This document shows, one piece after another, positions 1 to 8,491 of a stretch of 64,000 nt of DNA. A program made the translations under genes and the position numbers. Source of the stretch: an uncultured Gammaproteobacteria bacterium (GTDB lineage Bacteria > Patescibacteriota > Patescibacteriia > S139-126); contig CAZUKA010000001.1 of NCBI GenBank assembly GCA_964620905.1, positions 90,890 through 154,889 on the forward strand, read 5' to 3'. The notes under the pieces are model-generated. The model did not search any database and was not told where the DNA came from. It saw only the letters and a list, made by a program, of their open reading frames with translations. Within the stretch, counting starts at the first letter, position 1. Each line of letters opens with the position of its first letter.

Positions 1-13
1 TTTTAATCAATAT

Positions 14-1267
14 TTGAGAATAGTTTTTTTAATCGCTTTAGTATGGTTGGCTGTTTTTGCCTGGCAAGGACTTTATACCATCAGTTTACAAAAAAGATTA
101 ATTGATGAGTTAATTCATATCGTGTTTGCTTGTTCGGCCGGTCTGATGGTGATAATCGCTTATATATTTTGGCAACGGGAATTTTTTGATTCTCGTTTTA
201 TCATCTTAGCCGCTTGGATATTGTCCATTGTCTATATTAGTTTTGCTCGCATGATATTGCGTTTTGTCAGACGATTATTGTTGGCTAGAAATTGGGGAGT
301 AACCAATATTGTTTTAATTGGCAGTGACAGTGCCGCTGATGATTTGGCAGCTGTAATTTATCGTCAGCCAGAGTTGGGTTATAGGTTGTGGGAAAGATTC
401 AATGATTTTGTACCTGAACGTTTGTTGCAGACTATGGCCGAACGAAATATTGATGAAGTAATTTTAGCTGAAACAAATTTGGCCAAAGAAACCAGAGCTG
501 ATATTTTGAATTTTTGTCACAGTCACCATTTAGGTTTTCAGTATGTAGCTGATATTTTTGATGCTCAGTCTCACAACGTGGAAGTTCGTTCCCTAGCAGG
601 TATGCCACTGATTGAAATTAAAAAGACGCCGCTGGATGGTTGGGGTAGAATATATAAAAGAATTTTTGATATTATCGCAAGTTTACTATTGCTTGTTTTA
701 GTTTTACCGCTAGGACTGTTGTTGTCTTTGATTGTTGTGATTGATTCTTCGGGACCGGCAATTGTCAAACTGCGTCGGGTTGGTCGTATCAATAAAGTAT
801 TTTGGTTGTATAAATTTCGTTCCATGATTAAAGATGCTCATCTTCTTAAATATGATCAACAGGGAAATTTACGACCCGAATTTGTCAAACAAAATTTGCG
901 TTCTGATGGGCCGTTGTTTAAAAATGAAAATGATGCTCGGATTACTAGATTTGGAAAATTTCTACGTCGAACTAGCTTGGATGAACTACCACAGCTAATA
1001 AATGTTTTACGCGGAGAAATGAGTTTAGTTGGTCCTAGACCACATGAACCAGAAGAAGTAGAAAAATATAAACACCACCAAAAAAAATTACTTTCCATCA
1101 AACCTGGTTTAACAGGACTGGCTCAAGTATCAGGTAGGTCAAATTTGAGTTTTGCTGAAGAGGTTAAACTGGATCTTTATTATATTGAAAATTGGTCGTT
1201 GAAAAATGATTTACAAATACTTTTTAAAACTTTTTGGGTAGTTTTGAAAAAACAAGGGGCAAAATAA
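14..1267 (+). CDS. Polyprenyl-phosphate sugar phosphotransferase (bacterial sugar transferase, WbaP/CpsE-like priming enzyme); N-terminus may lie at or before the window edge
   Basis: C-terminal motif block 'PRPHEPEEV...[34 protein letters not shown]' is typical of the bacterial sugar transferase family. Several N-terminal TM segments. Confidence 0.8.
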   Translation: MRIVFLIALVWLAVFAWQGLYTISLQKRLIDELIHIVFACSAGLMVIIAYIFWQREFFDSRFIILAAWILSIVYISFARMILRFVRRLLLARNWGVTNIVLIGSDSAADDLAAVIYRQPELGYRLWERFNDFVPERLLQTMAERNIDEVILAETNLAKETRADILNFCHSHHLGFQYVADIFDAQSHNVEVRSLAGMPLIEIKKTPLDGWGRIYKRIFDIIASLLLLVLVLPLGLLLSLIVVIDSSGPAIVKLRRVGRINKVFWLYKFRSMIKDAHLLKYDQQGNLRPEFVKQNLRSDGPLFKNENDARITRFGKFLRRTSLDELPQLINVLRGEMSLVGPRPHEPEEVEKYKHHQKKLLSIKPGLTGLAQVSGRSNLSFAEEVKLDLYYIENWSLKNDLQILFKTFWVVLKKQGAK

Positions 1268-1270
1268 TTT

Positions 1271-2395
1271 ATGAAGCTGGCTTTGGTTCACGATCATTTA
1301 AACCAATTTGGAGGCGCTGAACGCGTGCTTTTAAATATGCAGAAAAATTGGCCAGACAGCCCAATTTATACTTTACTGTATGACGAACAAGCTCTAGGTA
1401 AATGGTTTAAGAATAGTAAAATCCATCAATCATTCATCAGTCGATTGCCCGGCAGCCGCAAAAGATTTAAATGGTATTTACCGTTGATGCCCGCAGCGTT
1501 TGAACAATTTAATTTGTCAGCTTATGATGTTGTTTTATCATCAGTTTCAGGTCTTGCAAAAAGTGTGATTTTAAGTCCGGAAGCTTTGCATATTTGTTAT
1601 TGCCATACTCCAACCAGATATTTATGGTCAGATACCCATACTTATACCGAAGAATTGCATCAGCCTTGGCTGGTAAAAAAATTACTACCACCTTTACTTA
1701 CTTATTTACGAATGTGTGATTACAATGCAGCACAACGGGTTGATGTCTGGTTGGCCAATTCTCATTTTGTGGCGCGACGCATAAAAAAATATTATCGTCG
1801 GGAAGCACAGGTATTGTATCCACCAGTAGAAGTTGATCAGTTTAGTATCAGCCCGGAAGTTGATAATTATTATGTGATTGTTTCTCGGTTGCGTCCTTAT
1901 AAGCGAGTGGATTTGGCGGTACGAGCTTTCAATAAGCTCGGTTTACATTTAAAAATTATTGGCGTTGGTGAAGAGACTGAACGTTTGCAAAAAATGGCAC
2001 GGTCAAATATCGAATTCATCGGGGCAGTTTCTGATGAGATGAGAAATAAATATTTAGCTCGAGCTCGGGCTTTTATATTTCCCCAAGAAGAAGATTTTGG
2101 TATCACTGCGGTTGAAGCCAACGCTTGCGGTCGGCCGGTGATTGCTTATCGTTCAGGTGGAGCAGTAGAAAGTATCAGCGAAGGAAAAACCGGAGTATTT
2201 TTTGCTGAACAATCTTGGGAAGCATTAGCCGATGCGGTTATCCGTTTCGATCACAAACAATTTGATCCACAAGTTATTCGTGACCACGCTTTACAATTTT
2301 CTTCAGTAAATTTCCGTCAACGACTCCAAGAAATTGTTAGTCAAGAGTGGGAAAAATTTTATAATTATACTCGCGGCTATGAAAATCGGAGTTGA
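1271..2395 (+). CDS. Glycosyltransferase, GT4 family (GT-B fold)
   Basis: E-x7-E region 'EEDFGITAVEANACGRPVIAYRSGG'. Starts 4 nt after the upstream stop. Confidence 0.75.
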   Translation: MKLALVHDHLNQFGGAERVLLNMQKNWPDSPIYTLLYDEQALGKWFKNSKIHQSFISRLPGSRKRFKWYLPLMPAAFEQFNLSAYDVVLSSVSGLAKSVILSPEALHICYCHTPTRYLWSDTHTYTEELHQPWLVKKLLPPLLTYLRMCDYNAAQRVDVWLANSHFVARRIKKYYRREAQVLYPPVEVDQFSISPEVDNYYVIVSRLRPYKRVDLAVRAFNKLGLHLKIIGVGEETERLQKMARSNIEFIGAVSDEMRNKYLARARAFIFPQEEDFGITAVEANACGRPVIAYRSGGAVESISEGKTGVFFAEQSWEALADAVIRFDHKQFDPQVIRDHALQFSSVNFRQRLQEIVSQEWEKFYNYTRGYENRS

Positions 2396-3503
2396 TGCGA
2401 GATGTTTATTGGCTGAAAATTATTCGGGGGTTAGTATTTATACTTGGCAGCTTATCAGGGCCATGGTTGCTAAACTGCCTACTGATCAATTTATTTTGCA
2501 GGCAAATAGTTTTAAACCAGTAAATGTTTGCTCTAAAATTGACGAGATTAAAGTTAAAAAATCTATCACTAGGTATCCCAATAAACTCTTAAATTTATCT
2601 ATGGTTTTTTGGCAATTTCCGCAACTTGATCGTTGGTTGGATGGGGTTGATGTTTATTGGGTACCGGGGAATAATTTTATTAGTTTATCCGATCAGGTAG
2701 TCAAAGTTTATACCTGTCACGATTTATCTTGGTTAGTTTGGCCAGAATTTTATTCAGTGCGGGGAAAATGCTGGCATCGTGCTTTACAGTTGGAAAAAAA
2801 GTATACTACTGCTCAAAAAATTATTGCTGTCAGCGAATGTACAAAAATTGATATTTTAAATTTTTTTCCCCAAGTCAAACCAGACAATGTTGTTGTGGTA
2901 CCGTCAGGAATTTCTTATCCCCAGTTAACTCGAGAGCAAAAAGTTGAGGTTCAACGTGAGCTTTCTTTACCGGATCGTTTTCTGCTTTATGTCGGTAATA
3001 TTGAACCTCGAAAAAATGTTTTAGGTATAATTGAAGCTTTTAAAAAATTACAAACCAAACATCCTGATCTTTATTTAGTTTTGGCTGGGGGTAGTGGTTG
3101 GCACAAAAGATATAGCCAACAAGTACAAAAAGCCATTAATACCAATAACCGCATAATATATCTTGGCTATGTTAATGAAGAACAGAAATGGGTATTATAT
3201 AGTCTAGCTCAGGTTTTTTTGTGGCCGTCTTTTTATGAAGGATTTGGTTTTCCGCCACTAGAAGCTATGAGTCAGGGTTGCCCGGTAGTTGTCAGTCAGA
3301 GTGCGTCATTGCCAGAAGTGGTTGCGGCTGCTGGGATATTGATCAATCCTTTTGACCTTCAAGATTTAGTTTTGGCAGTTGATTCTTTACTGACCAATGA
3401 ATCCTGGCGACAACAATTAATTGCCCGTGGTTATCAAAGGGTCAAAGAGTTTAGCTGGGAAAAATCAGCTCAACTAACTAGCAAAGTATTTCAATCAATA
3501 TGA
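2379..3503 (+). CDS. Glycosyltransferase, GT4 family
   Basis: Internal start 'MKIGVDARCL' at 2379 matches the N-terminus of the next paralog ('MKIGIDARLY'). 'FYEGFGFPPLEAMSQGCPVVVSQSASLPEV'. Overlaps the upstream gene by 17 nt. Confidence 0.75.
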   Translation: MKIGVDARCLLAENYSGVSIYTWQLIRAMVAKLPTDQFILQANSFKPVNVCSKIDEIKVKKSITRYPNKLLNLSMVFWQFPQLDRWLDGVDVYWVPGNNFISLSDQVVKVYTCHDLSWLVWPEFYSVRGKCWHRALQLEKKYTTAQKIIAVSECTKIDILNFFPQVKPDNVVVVPSGISYPQLTREQKVEVQRELSLPDRFLLYVGNIEPRKNVLGIIEAFKKLQTKHPDLYLVLAGGSGWHKRYSQQVQKAINTNNRIIYLGYVNEEQKWVLYSLAQVFLWPSFYEGFGFPPLEAMSQGCPVVVSQSASLPEVVAAAGILINPFDLQDLVLAVDSLLTNESWRQQLIARGYQRVKEFSWEKSAQLTSKVFQSI

Positions 3504-4615
3504 AAATCGGTATTGACGCGCGTCTTTACGGCGCTCAAAAAAATAGAGGTTTGGGTCGTTACCAAGAGAAATTATTAACTCATTTACAGACTATTGATAC
3601 TGTTAATGACTACGTAATTTTTTTGCAACCGGATAATTTTGCTGATTTAAAAATAACTGCAAATAATTTTCATAAAGTCAAAGTTAACATACCTTGGTAT
3701 ACTTGGCGTGAACAAACTGTTTGGCCCTGGATTTTGCGTAGTTATAAATTCGATTTGTTTCATTTTCCTCATTTTAATGTGCCGTTTTTTTATCGTCGGG
3801 CGTATGTTGTGACTATTCATGATTTAATCATGACGCATTATACAGATGATCGCAGTACGACTAAAAATAAAATAATTTATCAAATTAAAATTAAAATTGC
3901 TCGTCACTTGGTAAGATTCGCTGCCCGTCGGGCTGAAGCAATATTTTGTCCCTCGGAATTTACCAAACAGGATATTGTACAAAAATTAAAAATCGTACCT
4001 GATAAATGCGTTGTCACCTATGAAGCTGTAGATAAAATGAATTTTTCATCGTCAGGTAATAATTTTGTTTCGCGACCTTATTTTTTGTATGTGGGTGCTG
4101 CTTATCCTCACAAAAATTTAGAAACAATGATCAATGGTTTTTTGGAATTCAATCAGACAAAAAAATATGATTTAGTTTTGGTAGGTCGACATGATTATTT
4201 TTATAAAAAATTGAAGGAAAAAAATAAAAATCAGCCGGAAATAATATTTTTGGGAGAAGTGTCTGATAACCGATTGGCAATACTTTATCAACACGCGCAG
4301 GGCTTTATTTTCCCGTCTTTAGTAGAGGGATTTGGATTACCTCCTTTGGAAGCTATGAGTCAGGGTTGTGTGGTGATTGCTTCCCGGGCCAGTTGTTTGC
4401 CGGAAGTTTTAGGGGAGGCAGTTTTATATTTTTCCCCAGATAATTCTAGTCAATTGGCTGATTGTTTAAATCAATTGCAGTCTGACCAAAATCTACGAGC
4501 TAAATTATTATCGCTTGGTTTTCAGCAAACTGCTAAATATAGTTGGTCCCGGATGGCAGAACAAACTAAGTTAGTTTTTGATGAAATTTTATTAAAAGTA
4601 AAAAATGTTGTATAA
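3500..4615 (+). CDS. Glycosyltransferase, GT4 family (tandem paralog of the previous gene)
   Basis: 'FPSLVEGFGLPPLEAMSQGCVVIASRASCLPEV'. ATGA start/stop overlap with the upstream gene. Confidence 0.75.
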   Translation: MKIGIDARLYGAQKNRGLGRYQEKLLTHLQTIDTVNDYVIFLQPDNFADLKITANNFHKVKVNIPWYTWREQTVWPWILRSYKFDLFHFPHFNVPFFYRRAYVVTIHDLIMTHYTDDRSTTKNKIIYQIKIKIARHLVRFAARRAEAIFCPSEFTKQDIVQKLKIVPDKCVVTYEAVDKMNFSSSGNNFVSRPYFLYVGAAYPHKNLETMINGFLEFNQTKKYDLVLVGRHDYFYKKLKEKNKNQPEIIFLGEVSDNRLAILYQHAQGFIFPSLVEGFGLPPLEAMSQGCVVIASRASCLPEVLGEAVLYFSPDNSSQLADCLNQLQSDQNLRAKLLSLGFQQTAKYSWSRMAEQTKLVFDEILLKVKNVV

Positions 4616-4639
4616 TTTGTCTAGTAGTCAAACTGTTTC

Positions 4640-7498
4640 ATGAAAAAAAGCTCGACCAAAAAAATAAAACCAGCGGTTAAATTGGTAGTCAAAAATACAA
4701 AGACAACAAAAAAAGTAAAGGCCAACCAAATACCGTCGAGACGAAAAGCAAAAATTTCCCGCCGTCAGTCAGGCACTAGACGGTTACTTAAAAATACTGG
4801 TTTTTTAGTTAAATCCAAACCAACCAAAGTAAAAAAAGTTTTGTCAAAATTATCTCGTTTAGAAGCTGATAGTTTGGCTTTATTTAATGATGATCATGTA
4901 ACCGTTTTTAAAGATTTACAAAAAAATAATTTTGACCAAAAACTAAAATTAGATTCAGCTGCAGATATTGTTAAATCTACCAGCAGTACAACCGAGATAG
5001 CTGGACAAAATGAGTTGATTGTTGATACACAACCAAATGAAATAGGAGCCAAAATTTTATCTGTGCGTCAGCCAGCTCAAAAAATTTCTTCTCCCCACGT
5101 GGTTGATTTAAAGACCAGAGTAGTTTATGAGGACAATAATTATCAGACCGTTGCTCCTCTGACCGCTGCTACTTGGGAAGAAAGAATTTACGCTTGGGAT
5201 AAGAAAATGCAAAATATCAAAACTAACTTTATTACTTCAGATTTGCGTCAACAACAGATTTATAAATCAAATCAAAATAAAAAAGTTGGTTTCTTTTCTA
5301 GGATGATTCGGCGTTTTAGTGGTTGGTTGAGTGCCGGATATTTTTCAATGGTTAATTCTTTTTCCAACTGGGGGGAGACCCAAACAGAAAAAATTTTACA
5401 AACTGCCGCCACTGCTGATACTGATGATTTTGTTGATCAAGTACGACCAGTAAAAAAACGTTTATCACTTTGGCCGCAGGAGCTAGCCGTATCAATGCGT
5501 CTATTTATCATTTTGGCAGTTATTTTAGTTTTACCTTTTCAAGTTTATAATTTTTATTCTGATGTAAAGACACAACAGGAAATGGTTTTGGGAGCTTCTT
5601 CAACAGTTTATAATGATTTTCAGGCAGGTTTCCAAGCCTTTGAAAATTTAGATTTCAGCCAAGCCAGTGATCGGTTTATATCAGCTCAACTTAACTTGCG
5701 CCAAGTTAACGATTGGGTGCAAAAATATCCTTCGTTTTTGTTTATGCTTGCCAAATTTATACCAGGTGCTGGGGGTGAGGTATCAAGTGGTTTAAATTTG
5801 ATGGCCGCGGGTGACAAGATGGCTCAATTGGGAGTGATGCTATCTGATTTATTTACTGATTTACAAGCCAATAGTGGTGATAATTTAGCTGCGCTACAAT
5901 CATTGGAGTCAGGCTTAAATCAAGCAGCGGTTATAATGCAAGAGATTGAACTGATTTTACAAAAAATTGATTTAACTAAATTGCCAGCCAATTATCAGGA
6001 ACAATTTAGTCAATTGAATGAGATTTTACCTATTGCCCGGCAGGTTTTACAGAATGCTAGCTTAGCCAGTGGTTTTAGTGCTGACTTTTTGGGTCGAGAA
6101 CAACCCATGCGTTATTTGTTGGTTTTTCAGAATAGTAATGAATTGAGACCAACAGGAGGTTTTATAGGTTCAATTGCTGAGGTAGATATTAAAGATGCCC
6201 GAGTGCAAAATTTTTATTTACCTCCCGGAGGTGTTTATGATTTACAAGGTAATCTAGAAGTTTTGTTAGCTGCGCCTGAACCGTTGCGTTTATTGAATGC
6301 CAACTGGCAGTTGCAGGATGCCAATTGGTTTTTTGACTGGCCCACTTCAGCAAAAAAAATTATGTGGTTTTACGAAAAGTCGGGTGGTCCGACAGTAGAT
6401 GGAGTAATAGCAGTCAACTCGCAGCTCTTACCAAAGTTATTGCAACTTACTGGTCCAATATATTTAGCGGAGTTTGATCAAATTTTAACGGCTGAGAACG
6501 TTATAGACCAGTTGCAGTATGAGGTAGAAATAAACTATGACCGGTCATTAAACCAACCCAAAAAAATAATTTCCCAACTCATGCCGATTTTACTTGATCG
6601 TTTACAAAAATTGCCGCCGACTGATTTTTTCAGTTTGTTTTCAGTTGTACATAATTCTTTGCAAGCCAAAGAAATTCAATTGTATCATACCAATAGTATG
6701 TTGCAGAAAAAAATTGATACTTTTGGTTTTGCTGGTCAAATTCAACCCACAAATAGAGACTATCTAGCTGTTGTTGATACCAATATCGGTGGTGGTAAAA
6801 CTGACCAAGTGATCGGCAGTCAAGTCTTACTGACTAGCCAAATCGGTCCGCTAGGGGATGTAGTGAATACTCTAAAAATAATCAAACGTCACGATGGTGA
6901 TCCCACTGATCAATTTACCGGTCAAATGTACCGAGATTATCTTCGGATTTATGTGCCACAAGGTAGTCGTTTGCTTTCGGCTAAAGGTTTTACTCCTCCC
7001 GCTCCAACTGAGTATAATCAACCAGCCTCTGGTTTTCAACGAGATGATTATCTTGCTCAGGTAGAAAATAATGAGCGTTTTGATTTAACAACTGGCACCC
7101 GAATTACCGATGAATATGATAAAACCGTATTCGGCAATTGGCTAACACTTAACCCGGGTGAACTAGTAGAAATTGAAATAGTTTATGCTTTGCCAAAAAA
7201 TATTACTTTTAAAAAACAAAATGATGGTAACTTTATTGTTGGCTTAATTGACCAGTTATTGTCTAAATTGAATTTGTCGTTTAGTGCTGAACGCGAAGTG
7301 GCTATGCATACTTTATTTTTACAAAAACAGTCTGGCCAACCACCTTACAATTTTTCGCAGGAAATTATCTTTCCTAGCTCTTGGGAAGTACAGACCAGTG
7401 AACTACTGAAAAATACTACTGCCCAAAGAGACAATCGAGTGTATTATCAAAACCTGATCAAAGCTGATTCTTTGTGGGGATTAATTTTTATCCGTTGA
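4640..7498 (+). CDS. Large membrane-anchored protein with a lysine-rich N-terminal tail; DUF4012-like (assignment recalled from the 'ELRPTGGFIGS' motif, needs checking)
   Basis: 952 aa. First ~75 aa very K/R-rich. Single TM near aa 285 ('LFIILAVILVLPFQVY'). Conserved block 'LLVFQNSNELRPTGGFIGSIAEVDIKDARVQNFYLPPGGVYDLQGN'. Confidence 0.5.
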   Translation: MKKSSTKKIKPAVKLVVKNTKTTKKVKANQIPSRRKAKISRRQSGTRRLLKNTGFLVKSKPTKVKKVLSKLSRLEADSLALFNDDHVTVFKDLQKNNFDQKLKLDSAADIVKSTSSTTEIAGQNELIVDTQPNEIGAKILSVRQPAQKISSPHVVDLKTRVVYEDNNYQTVAPLTAATWEERIYAWDKKMQNIKTNFITSDLRQQQIYKSNQNKKVGFFSRMIRRFSGWLSAGYFSMVNSFSNWGETQTEKILQTAATADTDDFVDQVRPVKKRLSLWPQELAVSMRLFIILAVILVLPFQVYNFYSDVKTQQEMVLGASSTVYNDFQAGFQAFENLDFSQASDRFISAQLNLRQVNDWVQKYPSFLFMLAKFIPGAGGEVSSGLNLMAAGDKMAQLGVMLSDLFTDLQANSGDNLAALQSLESGLNQAAVIMQEIELILQKIDLTKLPANYQEQFSQLNEILPIARQVLQNASLASGFSADFLGREQPMRYLLVFQNSNELRPTGGFIGSIAEVDIKDARVQNFYLPPGGVYDLQGNLEVLLAAPEPLRLLNANWQLQDANWFFDWPTSAKKIMWFYEKSGGPTVDGVIAVNSQLLPKLLQLTGPIYLAEFDQILTAENVIDQLQYEVEINYDRSLNQPKKIISQLMPILLDRLQKLPPTDFFSLFSVVHNSLQAKEIQLYHTNSMLQKKIDTFGFAGQIQPTNRDYLAVVDTNIGGGKTDQVIGSQVLLTSQIGPLGDVVNTLKIIKRHDGDPTDQFTGQMYRDYLRIYVPQGSRLLSAKGFTPPAPTEYNQPASGFQRDDYLAQVENNERFDLTTGTRITDEYDKTVFGNWLTLNPGELVEIEIVYALPKNITFKKQNDGNFIVGLIDQLLSKLNLSFSAEREVAMHTLFLQKQSGQPPYNFSQEIIFPSSWEVQTSELLKNTTAQRDNRVYYQNLIKADSLWGLIFIR

Positions 7499-7556
7499 TT
7501 GAGATTTATTTTATTTTTTAATTTAGCTAATATTAGCCAAATTTTTTAATTGGGTA

Positions 7557-7585
7557 TTGACAAAAATTTTTTTTGGGTGTATAAT
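7557..7585 (+). promoter_or_regulatory. Consensus sigma70-type promoter (TTGACA-17 nt-TATAAT)
   Basis: ttgaca at 7557-7562, 17-nt spacer, tataat at 7580-7585. Lies in a 1-kb ORF-free region. Confidence 0.55.
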
Positions 7586-7591
7586 GATTTA

Positions 7592-7658
7592 TTAATAAAT
7601 TGGAGAGAGAAAATAAGTGGATTTTATATCTCTCCAAGTTCAAGGGAGAGTTTTTTAA
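7592..7658 (+). ncRNA. Candidate small RNA or transcription-attenuator leader: two mutually exclusive hairpins, the second followed by a U-tract
   Basis: Stem tggagaga (7601-7608) / tctctcca (7629-7636). Alternative stem ctctcc (7631-7636) / ggagag (7646-7651) followed by tttttt (7652-7657). Both use the tctctcc strand. Confidence 0.35.
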
Positions 7659-8116
7659 AAATTAAAGGAAGCATGAATTAGGAGGGAAAATTTGGTACTT
7701 ACCAAGTTTATGAGTAAATTTCGTTAGCCCTTTATCCGGTATTCATACTGGGTACGTGCTAAGGAATTTATTCGTTTGACATCCCGCGAGAGCGGGATCA
7801 CTCAAACATTTCCCTCGGAATTTATGTTTTCTTTGTTGGGAGCGGTTATTTGGGGAGAGAGTGACTTGCTCGGCACAAAATATTTTTTTCTGGCCGTCTG
7901 CAGGCTCGCTCCCAAATAACTTTTCCCAAATATTCTTTTCAGTTCTGGGCGTGAATATGCTTTTGCATAGCTCATGCCTTGAACTGAGGAGAATAGCCAG
8001 GTACAATACAATAAAACCAATAAAATCCTGGCAAAAAATTTAAAATAAAATACTGATGACGAATGCGGCGCCCAAATTTTTAGTCAAATTAAATGACTAC
8101 AAAGCTGACATTCGCC

Positions 8117-8229
8117 CTCAGTAATCTGGGTGCTTGGTTCGAGGCTAGTCGGTTGTCCCGCATTTGCGGGAAAATCTCTCTCCTCACAGCCGACCATGCA
8201 ATTCTAGAACCAAGCCCCAGATTAGTGAG
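8117..8229 (+). repeat. 113-nt imperfect palindrome (about 22-bp closing stem) enclosing nested hairpins and a CU-rich single strand
   Basis: Left arm ctcagtaatctgggtgcttggttc (8117-8140) vs reverse complement of gaaccaagccccagattagtgag (8207-8229): one mismatch and one bulge. Inner hairpin tcccgc-attt-gcggga (8156-8171). 'ctctctcctca' at 8177-8187. Confidence 0.5.
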
Positions 8230-8261
8230 TAATTTATATAACTTAAATTTAAGGAGTAAAG

Positions 8262-8414
8262 TTGGAATCATTAAATAGACCCGGAAGATTTTTTTATATA
8301 CTTTTTATTTCAACTATTGCTGTTATAATTTGGGGTTATCCCATTTTAATTTTGATTTTATTATTACTTACAGATGCTAAAGAAGTAAAAAGAAGTAAAA
8401 AAATTAAAAAATAA
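8262..8414 (+). CDS. Putative 51-aa single-TM membrane peptide (TTG start)
   Basis: RBS aaggag (8251-8256) 5 nt before TTG. Translation 'MESLNRPGRFFYILFISTIAVIIWGYPILILILLLLTDAKEVKRSKKIKK*'. Intrinsic terminator immediately downstream. Absent from the ORF track, which lists ATG starts of 60 aa or more. Confidence 0.3.
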   Translation: MESLNRPGRFFYILFISTIAVIIWGYPILILILLLLTDAKEVKRSKKIKK

Positions 8415-8424
8415 ATGATTTATA

Positions 8425-8451
8425 AAACTACTTGAAAAAGTAGTTTTTTTA
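8425..8451 (+). terminator. Rho-independent terminator
   Basis: aaactactt-gaaa-aagtagttt followed by tttt. Confidence 0.6.
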
Positions 8452-8491
8452 TCTTTAAAACTTTTAATTTTTATGTTAAAATATTTACATA

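Noticed and set aside
571-2121. Antisense small ORFs inside the sugar transferase and GT4 genes (571..825 -, 856..1101 -, 1509..1691 -, 1897..2121 -)
   Set aside because: Embedded in the opposite strand of well-supported genes, with low-complexity translations.
7743-8043. Short ORFs (7743..8006 -, 7802..8020 -, 7861..8043 +) in the non-coding gap
   Set aside because: Mutually overlapping, no RBS, and they run across hairpin-dense sequence. More consistent with structured RNA than coding.
7660-8250. Identification as RNase P RNA, tmRNA, SRP RNA or 6S RNA
   Set aside because: Absent on either strand: the P4/CR-V strings (GGAAAGUCCGG, ACAGAA.CCGGCUUA), the tmRNA 5' GGGG...UUCGAC and 3' ...CUCCACCA ends, and the SRP 'GGAAGCAGCCAAGG' motif. 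Not excluded for highly divergent forms; needs a covariance-model search.
8089-8278. Overlapping 60/61-aa ORFs on both strands (8089..8271 -, 8093..8278 +)
   Set aside because: Mirror-image reading frames created by the 113-nt palindrome. Low-complexity peptides. No RBS.
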